Assembly (NCBI GenBank): GCA_051294375.1
Contig: CM119267.1
Span: 3,619,793-3,683,792 of the forward strand
Length of the DNA: 64,000 bases
From: Paraspadella gotoi
Taxonomy: Eukaryota; Animalia; Chaetognatha
Direction of reading: 5' to 3'
The first letter of the stretch is position 1, and each line of letters starts with the position of its first letter. A program made the position numbers and the translations under genes. Below, in pieces: positions 62,964 through 64,000 of the stretch. The notes beneath the pieces were generated by a model that was given only the letters and a program-made list of their open reading frames with translations, ran no database searches and was not told the origin of the DNA.

Positions 62964-64000
62964 GATTGGCGGAAAATGAGATTTCAGAAGAAAGACGTTT
63001 CTTCTCTTAGTGACATTTCTGCTTCTTTAGTGAAATGCTGATTGCTGGAAGATGAAAAAGTGTGAAATTGTTGGCAATTGAATTCTGGGTAACTACGAAT
63101 TTCGATCTACTCAAGATTCTTTTTTTCTCTCATCGAGTTTCAGTTGAGATTAAAAAAAATGGCTTAAACGAGTTGAATCGATGGCTTCGATATATGAGGA
63201 GAGAGCGAGACAGAGAGAGAGAGAGAGAGAAACAGAGAGAGAGAAACAGAGAAAGAGTGAGTTGGAGAAAAAAAAAAAGACTCAAGAGTCAGATTGATGT
63301 AAACAAAGAAATTGAAGGATTTGATTAAAGGAATAACAAAGGCTCAAATCTTGGCTCAAATCTTGGCTCAAATCTCTACTTTTCACTTCGGTTTTGTACA
63401 TCGAGTAAATGAACAGATCGTCTTTGATGCGAATCTCGTTTTGCCGATTTTTTTCGTTCGTGTCGTTCTCTCATCTGTTGATTCTTTTCGTTCTTGTCCC
63501 TCTCCTCTCCTCTCACCTCGTCGCTCTCGTTATCTTTTTCATTTTCATCATCAATCATCTGTGATATCATTCTTGTCGTGGTCTATCGTCTGAGATATCG
63601 TTATCATTCTTGTCATTGTTTTCTAACATCTGTGATATTGTTATCCTTATTGTCATTGTCTTGTATCATCAGTGATATTGCTATCTTTCTCATTGTCGTC
63701 GTCATCATCATCGTCTATCATCTGTGAGATTGTTATCTTTTTCATGATTGTATCCATCATCTGTAATATTGTTATCTTATTGTCATTGTCTTGTATCATC
63801 AGTGATATTGTTATCTTTCTCATTGTTATCGTCATCATCATCGTCTATTATCTGTGATATTGTTAACTTTTTCATCATTGTCGTCTATAATCTGTGATAT
63901 TGTTATCTTTTTCATCATTGTCGTCTATCATCTGTGATATTGTTATTTTTTTCATCACTCTCGTCTATCATCTGTGATATTGTTATCGTTCTCACAGTTT
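60995..64000. repeat. Duplicated block containing a ~35-40 bp minisatellite (tcatctgtgatattgttatctttttcatcattgtcgtcta)
   Basis: 60995-61860 vs 63161-64000; minisatellite arrays at ~61320-61860 and ~63540-64000. Confidence 0.85.

Noticed and set aside
61320-64000. Regular ~35-40 bp repeats as a CRISPR-like array
   Set aside because: Degenerate tandem minisatellite without unique spacers; eukaryotic context and no cas genes.

Overview
Eukaryotic (invertebrate metazoan-like) genomic DNA, not prokaryotic. Bases 1-48.8 kb hold 16 protein-coding genes. I reconstructed their exons by hand, and every spliced model gives a whole number of codons ending in a stop. All 16 lie on the + strand: a single-pass TM protein, ARF, ChaC, an unknown nuclear-type protein, ANKRD10, a TM-RING (RNF26-like) protein, WDR81, HDAC6-like, TAF1B/RRN7, a PP1-like phosphatase nested on the same strand inside TAF1B intron 2, WDR27, GINS2, TRAPPC4, nicotinamidase, a PM20D1-like pseudo-peptidase and a BAR plus double RhoGAP protein. 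Between 1 and 33 kb the stop-to-ATG gaps are only 63-769 nt, and unpaired pyrimidine-AG acceptors usually precede the start codons, which suggests a long SL-trans-spliced operon. The HDAC6 intron carries an inverted pair of Penelope-like minimal hammerhead ribozymes: the antisense copy is intact and the sense copy has a G5A core change. Several MITE/HINE-like repeats sit in introns and spacers. From about 49 kb on the window is gene-poor and microsatellite-rich, with N gaps and indel-rich duplicated segments that are probably partly assembly artefacts. All homology calls come from recognising motifs; no database searches were run.
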